DNA of 64,000 bases from Selaginella moellendorffii (lineage: Eukaryota; Plantae; Lycopodiophyta). Of this stretch, positions 1 through 11,190 are shown in pieces (position 1 is the stretch's first letter; each line of letters opens with the position of its first letter). A program made the position numbers and the translations under genes. The stretch is taken from assembly GCF_000143415.4 (NCBI RefSeq), contig NW_003314313.1, positions 709,430 through 773,429 of the forward strand, read 5' to 3'. Under the pieces are notes generated by a model. The model did not search any database. It was not told where the DNA came from and worked only from the letters and a program-made list of their open reading frames with translations.

Positions 1-960
1 TCTTCATTCATCAAGTGCTACAAAGCATTCTACATCCCACCAGCGAGCCTTTGAGTACCTGGTAGCCTATTTGACCTTGCATAGGCCAAAAACATCTATG
101 GCTGCCGTGACAAAGGCCTAGACCAAGTGTGCTGTATGTTGGTCCAGCATAGGCATGTTCTATAGCTAAGACTCTCAAAAAAATTCTTGAAACTTTGGGA
201 TGTCCTGCAAGTGGAGATGGAAGTTTGGAGACATGAGGTGGACTTGTAGTGTTGCCTTGGAATAGTAGTGAGATGCCAAGTGGGTGGTGGTTTGAAATCT
301 TGGAATCTGGAAAGTCCTAGAGGTGGTAGTCAACCATAGTGTCAGTTGCAGCTTGCGAGATAAGAGCATAGTCGTTGGTGTTGACACTATTCCACATCAT
401 GCACCTATGGTAGGCCAATGTTCAGTGTCATTCACAATGAGCAGCTGCATTACCATGCAAAAGTTGAGAAGTTTGATGCCATATGTTGCTTGGTGCTTTG
501 GTCAGGTCACCTTTTTGCTTGACCAGAGTCTTGCTTGATCCTGTACACATGTTAAAGTCCCCAAGCATTGCAATTGTGGCTTGTGTGTGGCACTGTTCGA
601 TCATGTGGGCCAGATGGTTGAAGGGGTGACTTTCATTGCCAAGAAGTAGCAGCTAACCACAATTAATTTTTAGGTGGCATTCAATTGATGCTTGAGTATA
701 TTGAAGGTCATGGAAGACTTTCTGGACTAATTGGTGTATAGCTTGTTAGACATATATGCAAATCCTGGTGTTGGACTCTCCCTCATATTTGCTCATTTTG
801 CTCAACTTACTGCTGTGATCCATTATCAGCCCTTGGACATTTCATGCTCCAATTTAGATTCGCATGTCCTGATTGAGTGGGGGCACTCCCTAGATGTGTG
901 CTCTATTTCCTTTGTGAAGCTGTCACCTATTAGCTACTCCAATAATATAGCAATTTAAAA
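1..960 (-). mobile_element. Highly degenerate retrotransposon pol-like remnant
   Basis: No long ORF. Composition and stop-riddled frames resemble the other decayed gypsy remnants here, with a weak integrase-like 'DFPDSK' fragment on the minus strand near 300-330. Confidence 0.25.
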
Positions 961-1444
961 GTGACTATATGCATAATATTTTTGCATGCAACTCAAAACA
1001 AAAAATATATGTGCACATGTGTAAATATATAATGCTCCTATACACAATCACATATGCTAATCTACTTTATTTTCCTCAAGATGTAAATTTTCCTTTAATT
1101 TGTTTAACAAAATTTATTTGTTTTTATTCTTTTCCATTTTGTAGCAATGAGCAAATAGAAGAAGCAATAAAGCAAGATTTTCATACTCAAAGTAAGTGGA
1201 AGCAATTAGGCAAAATGTGGCAACATCAGTTTTTGCCTTTTACAAGGTGAAAATAGATTTGTAGATTGGAAAACTACCTACCTTTTCAGATCCAATAACA
1301 TAAATATTTTGCTCTAGTTTGTTCTAGTCCAAAGTTTCCCCAACAATATTTGGGGATAATGATACTTTGTAGACTGGATAAGAACACAAAGTCGGCTGCT
1401 AACAAATTAACTACTAAATCTCTAACTTGAACTCCCATGCTCCT

Positions 1445-1750
1445 CAGTCAACCATCTTATAAAAGCAAAACTGTCCGTTGCTGAAAATTTTCCTGGTAGG
1501 CTTTTGCTTTTTGCTTTTTTGTACCAACAAATAATATCTCAGAACCAAGAGTTTCAAAGCATCGAGATGCCCGTATGGCTGCCCTTCTGAACGGACGAAG
1601 GATACGAACACGATCGTTCTCAAATAGTAGTTGTACTGTCTTCAATGTACAAACAAGTTTTCATGTTTTAAAGTGCCATGATGGAGTTCTTCTTCCTGGT
1701 AGCAAAATTTGACTCCTCTAAACTTCAGGACCGAGATGTGGCTGTTTTAT
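1445..1750 (-). pseudogene. rps2: Ribosomal protein S2-like fragment (organelle/bacterial type), frameshifted
   Basis: ORF 1457..1645 contains 'GSEILFVGTKKQ', matching the S2 signature G-x-ILFVGTK-x-Q. A downstream 'RWL' in another frame matches the S2 'RWLGG' motif. Confidence 0.4.
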
Positions 1751-2318
1751 ATAGTTCTTCTGACCTTATGGGAACTTTTCTGGTCGACATAGAGTGGTTG
1801 TAAGTGTTGGGAGGCAGGCGTTGGAAAATTTATTGCGAAAGCTACCAGGAGACTGCTACGTTACGGATTTTTTTCCCCTGGCTGGTCTTCATTTGTGTGA
1901 AGCTGAATTTCGATCCTTGGACACTCTAGACTGGCACACTCAAGGAAGGCTACAGTCTCTTAGGTAATCTCCCAGAGATGGACGATTGATTATAGGAGAG
2001 AACAAAACTTCCACTTTCAACATTTAGCTTGAAGAGAAAAGAAGAAAAAATTATCCACCTCCCAGAGTGAACAAAAAAAAAAAAATCCTCGAGTCTGGTA
2101 AGCAGCTGCTTCTAGTTATGTTACAAAATGGACATACTTAGCTGCAGAACCTCTCTCTTGGTTTTTCTCTGACTCGATCGATCTTCTTTCGACAGCTTTT
2201 CTCGCTGCTGCTCCAGGCCCGGGCACAAACCTCAGTTTATCTGTGCTTTCCACCCCGCTCCCCCCCAGGTATTAAGAAAGTTTTTTAATTCCCATCTTTC
2301 GTGTCTCTGGATCGATCG

Positions 2319-3449
2319 CTACCCTGGACCTCCACCGAGAATTTTCTTGAGCCCAGCCTTTTGTTCCAGCGATAGCCTGGGTGGAAACCTTATGTCGAAT
2401 CTAATCTTGAGAACTCCCTTCTTCCCTGGCTCCTTTGCAATCGGCATTCCTTCCTTGTGTACCACCTTCTCGTAACCCGGGTGAATTATATCTGTGATTG
2501 GTACGCTGAGAACTCTCCCGTCTAGAGTGTGGATGACTGCCGTGTATCCCGTAAGTGACTCGGAGAGTGAGATTCGCTTCACCACTATGAGGTCGTTCCC
2601 ATCGCGCTTGAAAACTTCGTGAGGTCTCTCGTCGATGACGAACACAAGGTCTGCCGGAACAACGTTTGGTTGTTCGTTGCCTTTCTCTGGGAAGGTGATC
2701 CTCGTCCCTTTTTTCCACCCGGGCTTTACATCGATCGTCAGTATCTCTTCTATGGGAGCAATCTTCCTGCAAGGCAAAGCGAGAAAGTCTCAAAAACTCT
2801 TTTTTCTTCTTCTTGAGAACAACTTACCCAGTAGAATCGACAACGTTTCTCGAGATCTTCATTTTCCTGGTGGAGCCATTGTAGAGCTCATCGAGCGTGC
2901 ACTGGAGCTTGTTCTCCACCGGCGGAGCCTTGCGGCTGGAAGTGGCTCCCTCGGCACCAAACGATCGGAAAGAATTCTCGGTGCCTCCAAATCCTCCAAA
3001 CATTCCATCAAAGGGGCTGCGACCACCGCCAGCGCGGCCACCCATGGATCCAAACGGGCTGGAACTCCCAAAAAACTCGGCAAATATGTCCTCGGCGTTC
3101 CTGGGATTGAATCTAAAGCTTCCATTCCCTTGCTGCGGTATTTGCCCCTTCAATCCCTCCTCTCCATACTGATCATACACTTGACGCTTTTGAGGATCGC
3201 TAAGAACCTTGATAAGAACAGGGAACAAAGCAAACAAAAAGAAAAGGAAAACTAGTGTAAATTGAGAGAATTGAGAAGATCTGGCCTTACCTCGTAAGCC
3301 TCGGAGATCTGCTTGAACTTGGCCTCGGCCTCCTTCTTGTTGGTGGGGTTCTTGTCCGGATGCCATTTCATGGCCAGGCGGCGGTAAGCCTTCTTAAGAT
3401 CGTCGTCGCTCGCATTCTTCCCGACCTTGAGGACGCTGTAGTAATCCAT
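2319..3449 (-). CDS. Type II DnaJ/Hsp40 co-chaperone (DNAJB-like), 3 exons: 3449-3291, 3207-2828, 2766-2319
   Basis: J domain with HPD motif (MDYY...[10 protein letters not shown]), G/F-rich linker and C-terminal peptide-binding domain ([19 protein letters not shown]...EGMPI). Two GT-AG introns (83 and 61 nt) join the three ORF pieces in frame. Confidence 0.95.
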
Positions 3450-4308
3450 TGATGGAAGAGGCGGCCGAGGGCTGGCGATCGATCACAGCTCTCGCATTCT
3501 CTGGTTCCTCTCTGTGCCCGCAGCCATGGATTTGCAAACCCTACCCAGAGGTCCACCTAGGGTTCCAACACAAACGGAATTGCTGTTTTACCTTTTGTTT
3601 TTTCCATTTTAGGAAGTCATTTCAAAATTAATTTCTGACAATTACACTTTAGTTATTTAGTAATAAAATTATGTTTATATTGCGAATATCAGATTAATAA
3701 ATCAAGAGATAAAGAAGTAATTATTATTATTGCATTTTTTTTAACCATGAAACATCACATAACTTCATATATTTCGTAATTACAAATGAAGAAGAAGGTT
3801 GAAAATTAAAGAATGATTTAGAAAGAATGAAAATCTAACAAATTTAATTGGTACATAAGCAATAATTTTCAAATTGTCTTTAAAATTACTGAATTCTTTA
3901 TCATTTAAACTAATAAACATAATTTTCCAAGAGACTTTATCTTCAAACACTCTTCAAGAATTAAAACCACATCATTCTTAAACACACTAGTTTTATGTTT
4001 CATGGAAGGTGTTGCAAAATTTTGTATAAATAATTTATGAAATGAAATAAATGAAATATTGATGTAAGAAGCACATTTTACATTAGCAAAACTAACAGCA
4101 CACTAAAAAATAAAGTAGCACTATAGGCATATCTTACATAAAGAATAGTAGTAACATCAACATAATCACATCTTATATTTGTGAGTTATAGATATGGATT
4201 TCATTGTAGACTTAAATAATGAACACTATGGAGTAGCATTTATAAATCATAATAACACAGTCCTTTGATACCTTATACATATATACACACCACACGATAT
4301 ACATATAC

Positions 4309-4488
<180 letters not shown>

Positions 4489-4529
4489 ACACATGTATAT
4501 ACATGTATATATATATATGTGTGTGTGTG

Positions 4530-4705
4530 TGTGAGGGCCAAATGTACGATTACAATGCCATATACTAATATTAGCGTAGTGGGATTTTAGTAGCCGTCGG
4601 ATTGATTTCAATCCAGAGCACTCGCTCTTGTATATAAGCTAGGGTTTTTGGGCTAATTGATATATATATTTTTTATATTCCCTTTCCATATTCTAAGCAC
4701 TCACA
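4530..4705 (+). mobile_element. 5' LTR (~176 bp, TG...CA) of gypsy family A, followed by PBS TGGTGGAGA (tRNA-Ala-like)
   Basis: TGTGAGGGCC...CACTCACA, homologous to 27959-28122 and 38728-38901. The leader 4706-5440 is homologous to 28123-28800. Confidence 0.85.
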
Positions 4706-5459
4706 TTGGTGGAGATAAAGGGCAACTTCCACCAATAAAGGACAACTTTCATTGTCCCTGAGAAGTGTTTGAATTTAGGATTTTGGGTTTAGATTTAGCT
4801 TTTGCATCGTCTAGATTTAACTTTTTCCATTTCCTTTCTTTTGTTCTTTCCTTTCAGGATTTTAGTTTAAATCTAGCTTTTCAATTGTCTAGACCTCCCT
4901 TTCCCTTTAGTTTTTTCTCATTTCCCTTCTTTTGCTCTTTCCTTTTCATTTATCTTCATGGCAGAGTAATAATGTCCTCCTTTGAATCTAGAGTAGTAGT
5001 TAGTGCAATTGCTTGATGCCATGTAATTGCAATTGAACAACCAAACTTAGTTGATAGCAGCATTCATGGCACGTGGTACAACTTCTCATGCTCTTGGTGC
5101 CAATCCTTGCGTTTGGCCGGAGATCTTTCATAGGAATCCTAGGGATGATGTGTACCATTGGTTCAATCACTTCACAGTGATTGCCACATATCATTCTTAA
5201 GATGATGCTCAATGTTTGCGTGAGTTTTCCACGTGTCTCCAAAGGACAGCATTGTAGTGGTACAATGGTTTGAGTGCAGCCACCTGTGGGGATTAAAGTG
5301 TTCTCCTAGATGTCTTCAAACGTGCATTCAGACATGCCAATGATTATGAGAATGCCTTCCAACAATTGCATCGTCTTCGTCAAGGGCCATTTGAGTCGGT
5401 GATGCATAAATTGCTTTGTATTGTGAAATTGTGAATGGCTCATTAAATCAGTAATAGTG

Positions 5460-7850
5460 AGTGGCAAGCTCCAACATCTCGTCGCAACATTCAGTGCTTC
5501 CTCGGAATTGCAAACTTCTACCGCAAATTCATCAAGAATTATTCGAAGATCGTACTTCCACTCACCCAGCTCACTCATCTCAACAAAAATTTCAAGTGGT
5601 CTTCTGAAGCTGAAGTGCCCTTCTAGAAGCTGAATAAAGTGTTCACCTCTGCTCCTATCATTTCCTTTATCAACTTGGTAAAACAATTCTTCATTGAAGC
5701 AGATGCCTCTGATTTTGCTCTTAGATCCGTCCTCTCCCAGTTTGGCAAAGAGAACCTCCTCCATCCAGTTGCCTTCCATTCAAGAAAGTTCCTTGCTCCC
5801 GAAATCAATTACGAGATTCATGATAAAGAACTTCTCTTGATTGTGGAGTCTTTTGAAGAATGGCGACACTTCTAGTTGTGGTCTATAACGATCACAAGAA
5901 TCTCACTTATTTTCAGTCAGCTTGTGTCCTCAATTGGCTCTAAGCTCGTTGGTCCCAAGTCCTCTCACACTTCGACTTCATCATCACTTACCGGCCAGGT
6001 TCCCAACAAGGTAAGCCTGATGCCCTCTCTTGGCACTCCTATCCCTTCCAAGGGTGATCCCGAATTTGATCAACAACAACAACTCCTCATGGGCCCTGAA
6101 TGTCTGAAGATCCTGGAAGCAATACTCTACCCTACTCCAGTGGATACAAGTATCATTGATTCTGTTCTGCAACCTTACCATTGGATTCTTTGGCACAAGA
6201 CATCTTCAACCAGTTGAATGGAGGTTCTCCTTCAAGTTTTGCTGCCAGATGCGATTACGATCAATTTTCAACTCATGATGGCTTGATCTATTGGAACAAC
6301 CTCCTCTACATCCCTGCCACCAACCCAAGACTCCTCGTTCTCCAATCCTGTCATGACACTCCAGTATCTGGCCATTTTGGTACACACAAGACCGTGGAAT
6401 CACCTGCAATTGTTCCAAGAAACTGCGACATCTCCTGTATGGCCTCCTCCAGCCACTTCCAATTCCAGCTGCTCTTGAAAATCCATCTCTATGGACTTCA
6501 TCACCAACCTTCCACCATCCAATGGTTTCGATGCCATTCTTGTGGTCGTGGATCACTTCACCAAGATAGCACACTTCCTTCCATGCACCAAGATGATCAC
6601 CAATGAAGAAGCAGTTCAACTCCTCCTTAGAGAAGTTTTCAAACTTCACAGGTTTCCCGATGATATTGTAAGTGATTGTGGTCCCCAGTTCATCACCAAG
6701 TTCTGGAAGCACTTCATGGAACTCCTGAAGATAAAATGCAACTTATCTTTGGGATATCATCCTCAATTTGATGGGCAATTGGAATGAACAATTCAGACTG
6801 TCAAGCAATATCTCTAGTGCTTCATCAACTACCAGCAAGATGATTGGACACAACTCCTACCATTTGCTGAGTTCTCCTACAACAACATGGTCCACACATC
6901 CATGAAACAAACACCATTTTTCTCTCTTCAAGGCTACCATTTGCAATGAATATTCCAAGAAACCAGTACTACACCAGCCAATCCCTATGCGGAAGACTGC
7001 TCGACTCAACTTCAATGCACTCATCATGATCTGAAGCAACATTTGCTTGAGGCACAAGAACGTCACAAAATTGCCTCCAATTGACATTGCATACTGGCCA
7101 CAGAGTTCAAGGTTGGTGATCAAGTTTGGTTATTATGACGCAATATCCAGACTACTCGTCCCTTCGGTAAATTTGACTACCAACGCCTTGGTCCCTTTTG
7201 CATCTCCGCTCGCATCCATGAGGTCACATACAAGCTGGATCATCCTCTGACTATGCACCTACATCCTGTCTTTCACATTTCCCTACTAGAACCGTATGTC
7301 GCTAATGACATTCCAGGTCGCATCATTCCCGCAGCTCTAGAGATCCAGATTGATGGTTATTCAAAGTACAAAGTTGCCAAAATCCTGGACTCCAAGATCC
7401 TCTGACAGCAGCTGTACTTCCTCGTCGACTGGGTTGGCTACTCACCAAGCGATCGAACATGGAAACCTTTGAAAAATTTAACAAACTCTCCAGGTAAAAT
7501 CTCTGACTTCCACAGGTGATATCCACTCAAGCCCAGTCCAATGACTTGTGGAACTCGTCATGGAAAAGGGGGGATGGTACACAAAACATTCCTAAGAATA
7601 TTCCCTGTAAGATTCCAGGAATATTCCAGGTGTGCCAAAGAAGCTTCTTCAGCAAGTTCCAAGAAGCACCCCAAAATCCTTCACAAAGAAGTTTCCCCAA
7701 AATAGCCAGTGACCAAGTTCAACATACTATCTTCATTCCCGATTTAGTAAGTTCGTACTCATACCTGATTTAGCAATGTCCAGAACCTTCTAGAGCACGC
7801 TAAGGACAACTATATAAGGAGAGTTGCACCCAGGGTTTTGGCATTGCTAC
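5460..7850 (+). mobile_element. Decayed chromovirus-type Ty3/gypsy pol 3' half (RT end, RNase H, integrase, chromodomain), PPT and probable 3' LTR
   Basis: Motifs FFIEADASDFAL, HPVAFHSRKF, YEIHDKELL, GHFGTHKT, MDFITNLPPS...VVVDHFTK, YHPQFDGQ, HPVFHISLL and a chromodomain-like tail. Polypurine tract at 7562-7574. Many stops and frameshifts. Confidence 0.85.
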
Positions 7851-7852
7851 TC

Positions 7853-8220
7853 GCTCTGATACCAAATTGTAAGTCACAAAATTATCCGAAGCACCTATGT
7901 CAATAAAGATCTTAACAAAGTTACCTTCAAGCTTCCCTCGGAGGGCTAGTAGATGTCGCAAACGACTCTCTACCAAAGTTGCTCATGTAATAAGGCCAAT
8001 TTTGGGCTTAGTCTTCTAGTCTCCAGTATAGGGTCTTCCTTCTTATACTGGATCTTGTTCTTGTACTTCTTGCTGCTCATAATCCTGTTCCTTTTCATAT
8101 TCTTGTTTAGTCATGGGCATCTTGCTGTCTTGAATACATCCATATTCCCGCTCCCTCTATCTAGGCCCGTGACGCCAAGCGGTCAAGGCAGATTGTCAGA
8201 ACCCCACTGGTCTCTACCAT
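7853..8220 (-). mobile_element. PBS (tRNA-iMet, TGGTATCAGAGC on minus strand, 7853-7864) and adjacent LTR fragment of a separate element
   Basis: gctctgatacca at 7853-7864, followed by TGTAAG at 7868 (a CA terminus on the minus strand). The right boundary is approximate. Confidence 0.55.
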
Positions 8221-8229
8221 TCTCTTGAA

Positions 8230-9650
8230 GTACCTCAGTAGAAGTGGGATAGTATCTCAATGGATTTTGTAATTGGATTGCCCACCACTCCACGTGGAAA
8301 TGATGTTATCTAGGTTGTTGTGGATCGATTGGCGAAAATGGCACACTTCTTCTCTGTGAAGATGATGGCTAAAGACTTCTGATCTTGCTCAGGTGTTTGT
8401 GAGAGAGCTCTTCTGTCTATATGGCTTGCCTCAGCCAATATTATTAGTGATCGTGATCCAGAGTTTACTTCGAAGTTTTGGCAGGTAGTATTCATGAAGT
8501 TAGAGACGAAGTTGAGCATAAGTAATGGTGAGCATCCACAATTTGATGGGCATATGGAATGAATGGTGTTAGAGGACATGTTGAGATCATTCATAAGAAA
8601 TCTCAAGAAGCATGCTGTTTGGGAACAGTAGTTGCGTTTGCACACAACAGTGGTTAGAATTCAACTATTGGGATGTCTCCGTTCATGGCAATGTATGGTT
8701 AAGAACCAAAGACTCTAGTGGACCTCAGCTTGTCATCGGTCAAGGTGCATCATGCTCAGCAGTTTCTGGGTCATATGCAAGAGACCTTGGAGTTGGCCAA
8801 GTTAAATATGCAACAAGATCAGGAGCGAGACAAGCGATTGGCTGATGAACATCGCCAGCACTGTGAGTTCAAGGTGGGTGACAAGGTGTTCCTCCTGACA
8901 GAAGTCTTTGAAGGGTGTCAGAAATCCCAAGCTTTCTCTTCAGTATTGTGGACCGGGACAATCTTGCATCGTGTCGGGAGCCTTGCCTACAAGTTGGACT
9001 TGCCTGCTGGAGTTAAGATGCATCCAGTCTTCCATCTAAGCCAGTTGAAGGTGTGCCTGCATTCTGGTGGTGACTTTAATCAGTCCAGATGCCAACAATC
9101 GATGTCTAAGTTAACGTCGGACCTGCTGTGGTTTTGGCCAAGTCAAATGCGCTGGAAGACTTTCCAAGAGCTGCTCATTCAGTGGAATGGTTATTCTGTT
9201 GATGGATGCTATATGGGAAACTGAGGATGATGTGAAGAGGGTGTTTCCTTCATACTCCTATGATCTAGAGAATATTTCAGAGATATGAGTGTTCATTCGT
9301 GCAGCATTCATGGAACATTCATGATCTCTTTCCTATGATGTCCTGACTGTTTGTCCTGGATTTGAGAAGCCCGTTTGTTTCTCCAGTGTAGCCGATTGCT
9401 ATGCTAAGACGCAATTGTTTGTTGTGTCTCGTTCATAGTCGTTTTCTGTGGACGGTATTTGAGATCGTCTAGCTTGGCCGTTCTCGGGACTCAAAACATG
9501 AATTCGGAAATCCGTTTGATTTCCAAGGGCGACCATTTGTTGCTCAGGTTATGAGGGAGGGGAGAATGACACAACCTTTATGTGCTAAAGGTGGTGGTGG
9601 AATATGGAATATTTCATATGAATATTCCCTGATTCAATGAGTCTAGCCCT
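8230..9650 (+). mobile_element. Second decayed gypsy integrase/chromodomain remnant with PPT (9553-9566) and LTR start (TG at 9567)
   Basis: Motifs SMDFVIGLP, VVVDRLAKMAHF, IISDRDPEFTSKFW, FKVGDKVFL, AYKLDLP..KMHPVFHLSQLK, LLIQWNGY. GAGGGAGGGGAGAA is followed by TGACAC. Confidence 0.8.
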
Positions 9651-11190
9651 AAAGATGTAGGGTGGTTTGGGGCCGTATGCTCCTCCTCTGCGTGTTCGTT
9701 TCACATTTGCTTCATCGCAATCTAGCATTTTCGAGATTTCTCCAAAGGTTCCTTTTCAATTCTCCATCATGAAAAGAACAGTAATGGATCTTTAAGAGGA
9801 GACGACGGAACGAGCAGAAGAACAGCTCAGCATTCTCAAAACTGACTGGATCTGAGCTAGCTTTGCTTGTGGCTTACGGCATTTTAGCTGATAAATTATG
9901 TTCAAAAATGCAGAAAACATTAATATATATGATGATTGGCCATTTTTACTGGAGGGGTCCAACTTGGAGCTTGGGGATGTAATTCAAATTACCTTATGGG
10001 CTTGATCCAGAAGTCTGCCTAGCTCTGCTTCCATGAAATCTGATCTTATTCACAATCATCAAAAAGAGCCATTCACAAACATCAAAAGATGGTCTTCCTT
10101 ATGAATCCAGTGAATAAGAAACCTGATGTGGCCTCAATGAATTCAGAAATTTTTGTGACAGATAAAAAGTATTCCAGGTTACTTATAAAAAGTATAAAAA
10201 GTATAAACAGGTTACTTATAACAAAAGACAAGTGATTTCATTAAATGAAAACTAACTTAGAGACAGCTGGTGAAACAGAAAAGCCCTTTGTTTTAGAGAG
10301 ATTAAACAGGTGTTTATAGACAAAACATAAGATCTATCTCGCACTTCAATGTGAGGGCTGGGACCGGGCCTGACTCTTTATCATGTTCGAGCATATGGCA
10401 TGAACAGTCTAGTTTTGTCTTGCCTGTGTACAAGCCGGGGAAGAATAGAAAAATGGTAAAAATTAATAGAATACAAATACCGCAAAGTTAGTATTAATTA
10501 ATTCATGTTAATCAATCAATCAATTTATTGCAATGGTCTGCTAGGAATATTCTTAGACTAAATTATAACCGTAAACCCATTTGAGATTGTTTATTCGTAT
10601 ATTTGAGACAACAATGGGACCGTACTCATTCTTTGCCATCTACAAACTTGCACCCTGGAAACTTTGTTTTTGACATTTAACTCCTTTAAACCATGACAGT
10701 TAACCAGCTCCAGATTCATTAAGCATGGGGTTAAACACGTTGCCAAAGCACGGTAAGATGCACGTTTGGCTCAGCAACAAGATTCTTTGTGGAAGCACCA
10801 GCGCTACAAGAGCTGAGGATTGTACCAGGTTGATTGCACACTGGCATGGTGCCACCTACCTTGGTACCCGTCCATCCACACCAAACTCACAAACACGTCT
10901 CAAAAAGTAGTCAGTACTTTTGTTGTCAAGTTATGTTTATTAGGAAAATATCTAGAAAATCGAATATAGATGTACCCGTACCATAGTCATGTCCTGGTTT
11001 GGGACCAGTGTATCATCGGGCATGTCGCGACTCGAGTCTGTGAGATATGGTGACATATATCAGATATGCGAGCCTGCTGTGAGCGTCTATCAATATATGT
11101 GGCGCACATGGGCCCAGTGTCACTATCAGGCCAGCCAAACTAGCGACTGTAAAACCCACTTTGCATTCGTTTCTCTGCAGATCCAAGAAA

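Noticed and set aside
11161-11190. 863-aa version of the protease starting at 11161 (and 43478)
   Set aside because: It begins at TTG. In a nuclear gene the first ATG (11191/43508) gives a clean signal peptide.
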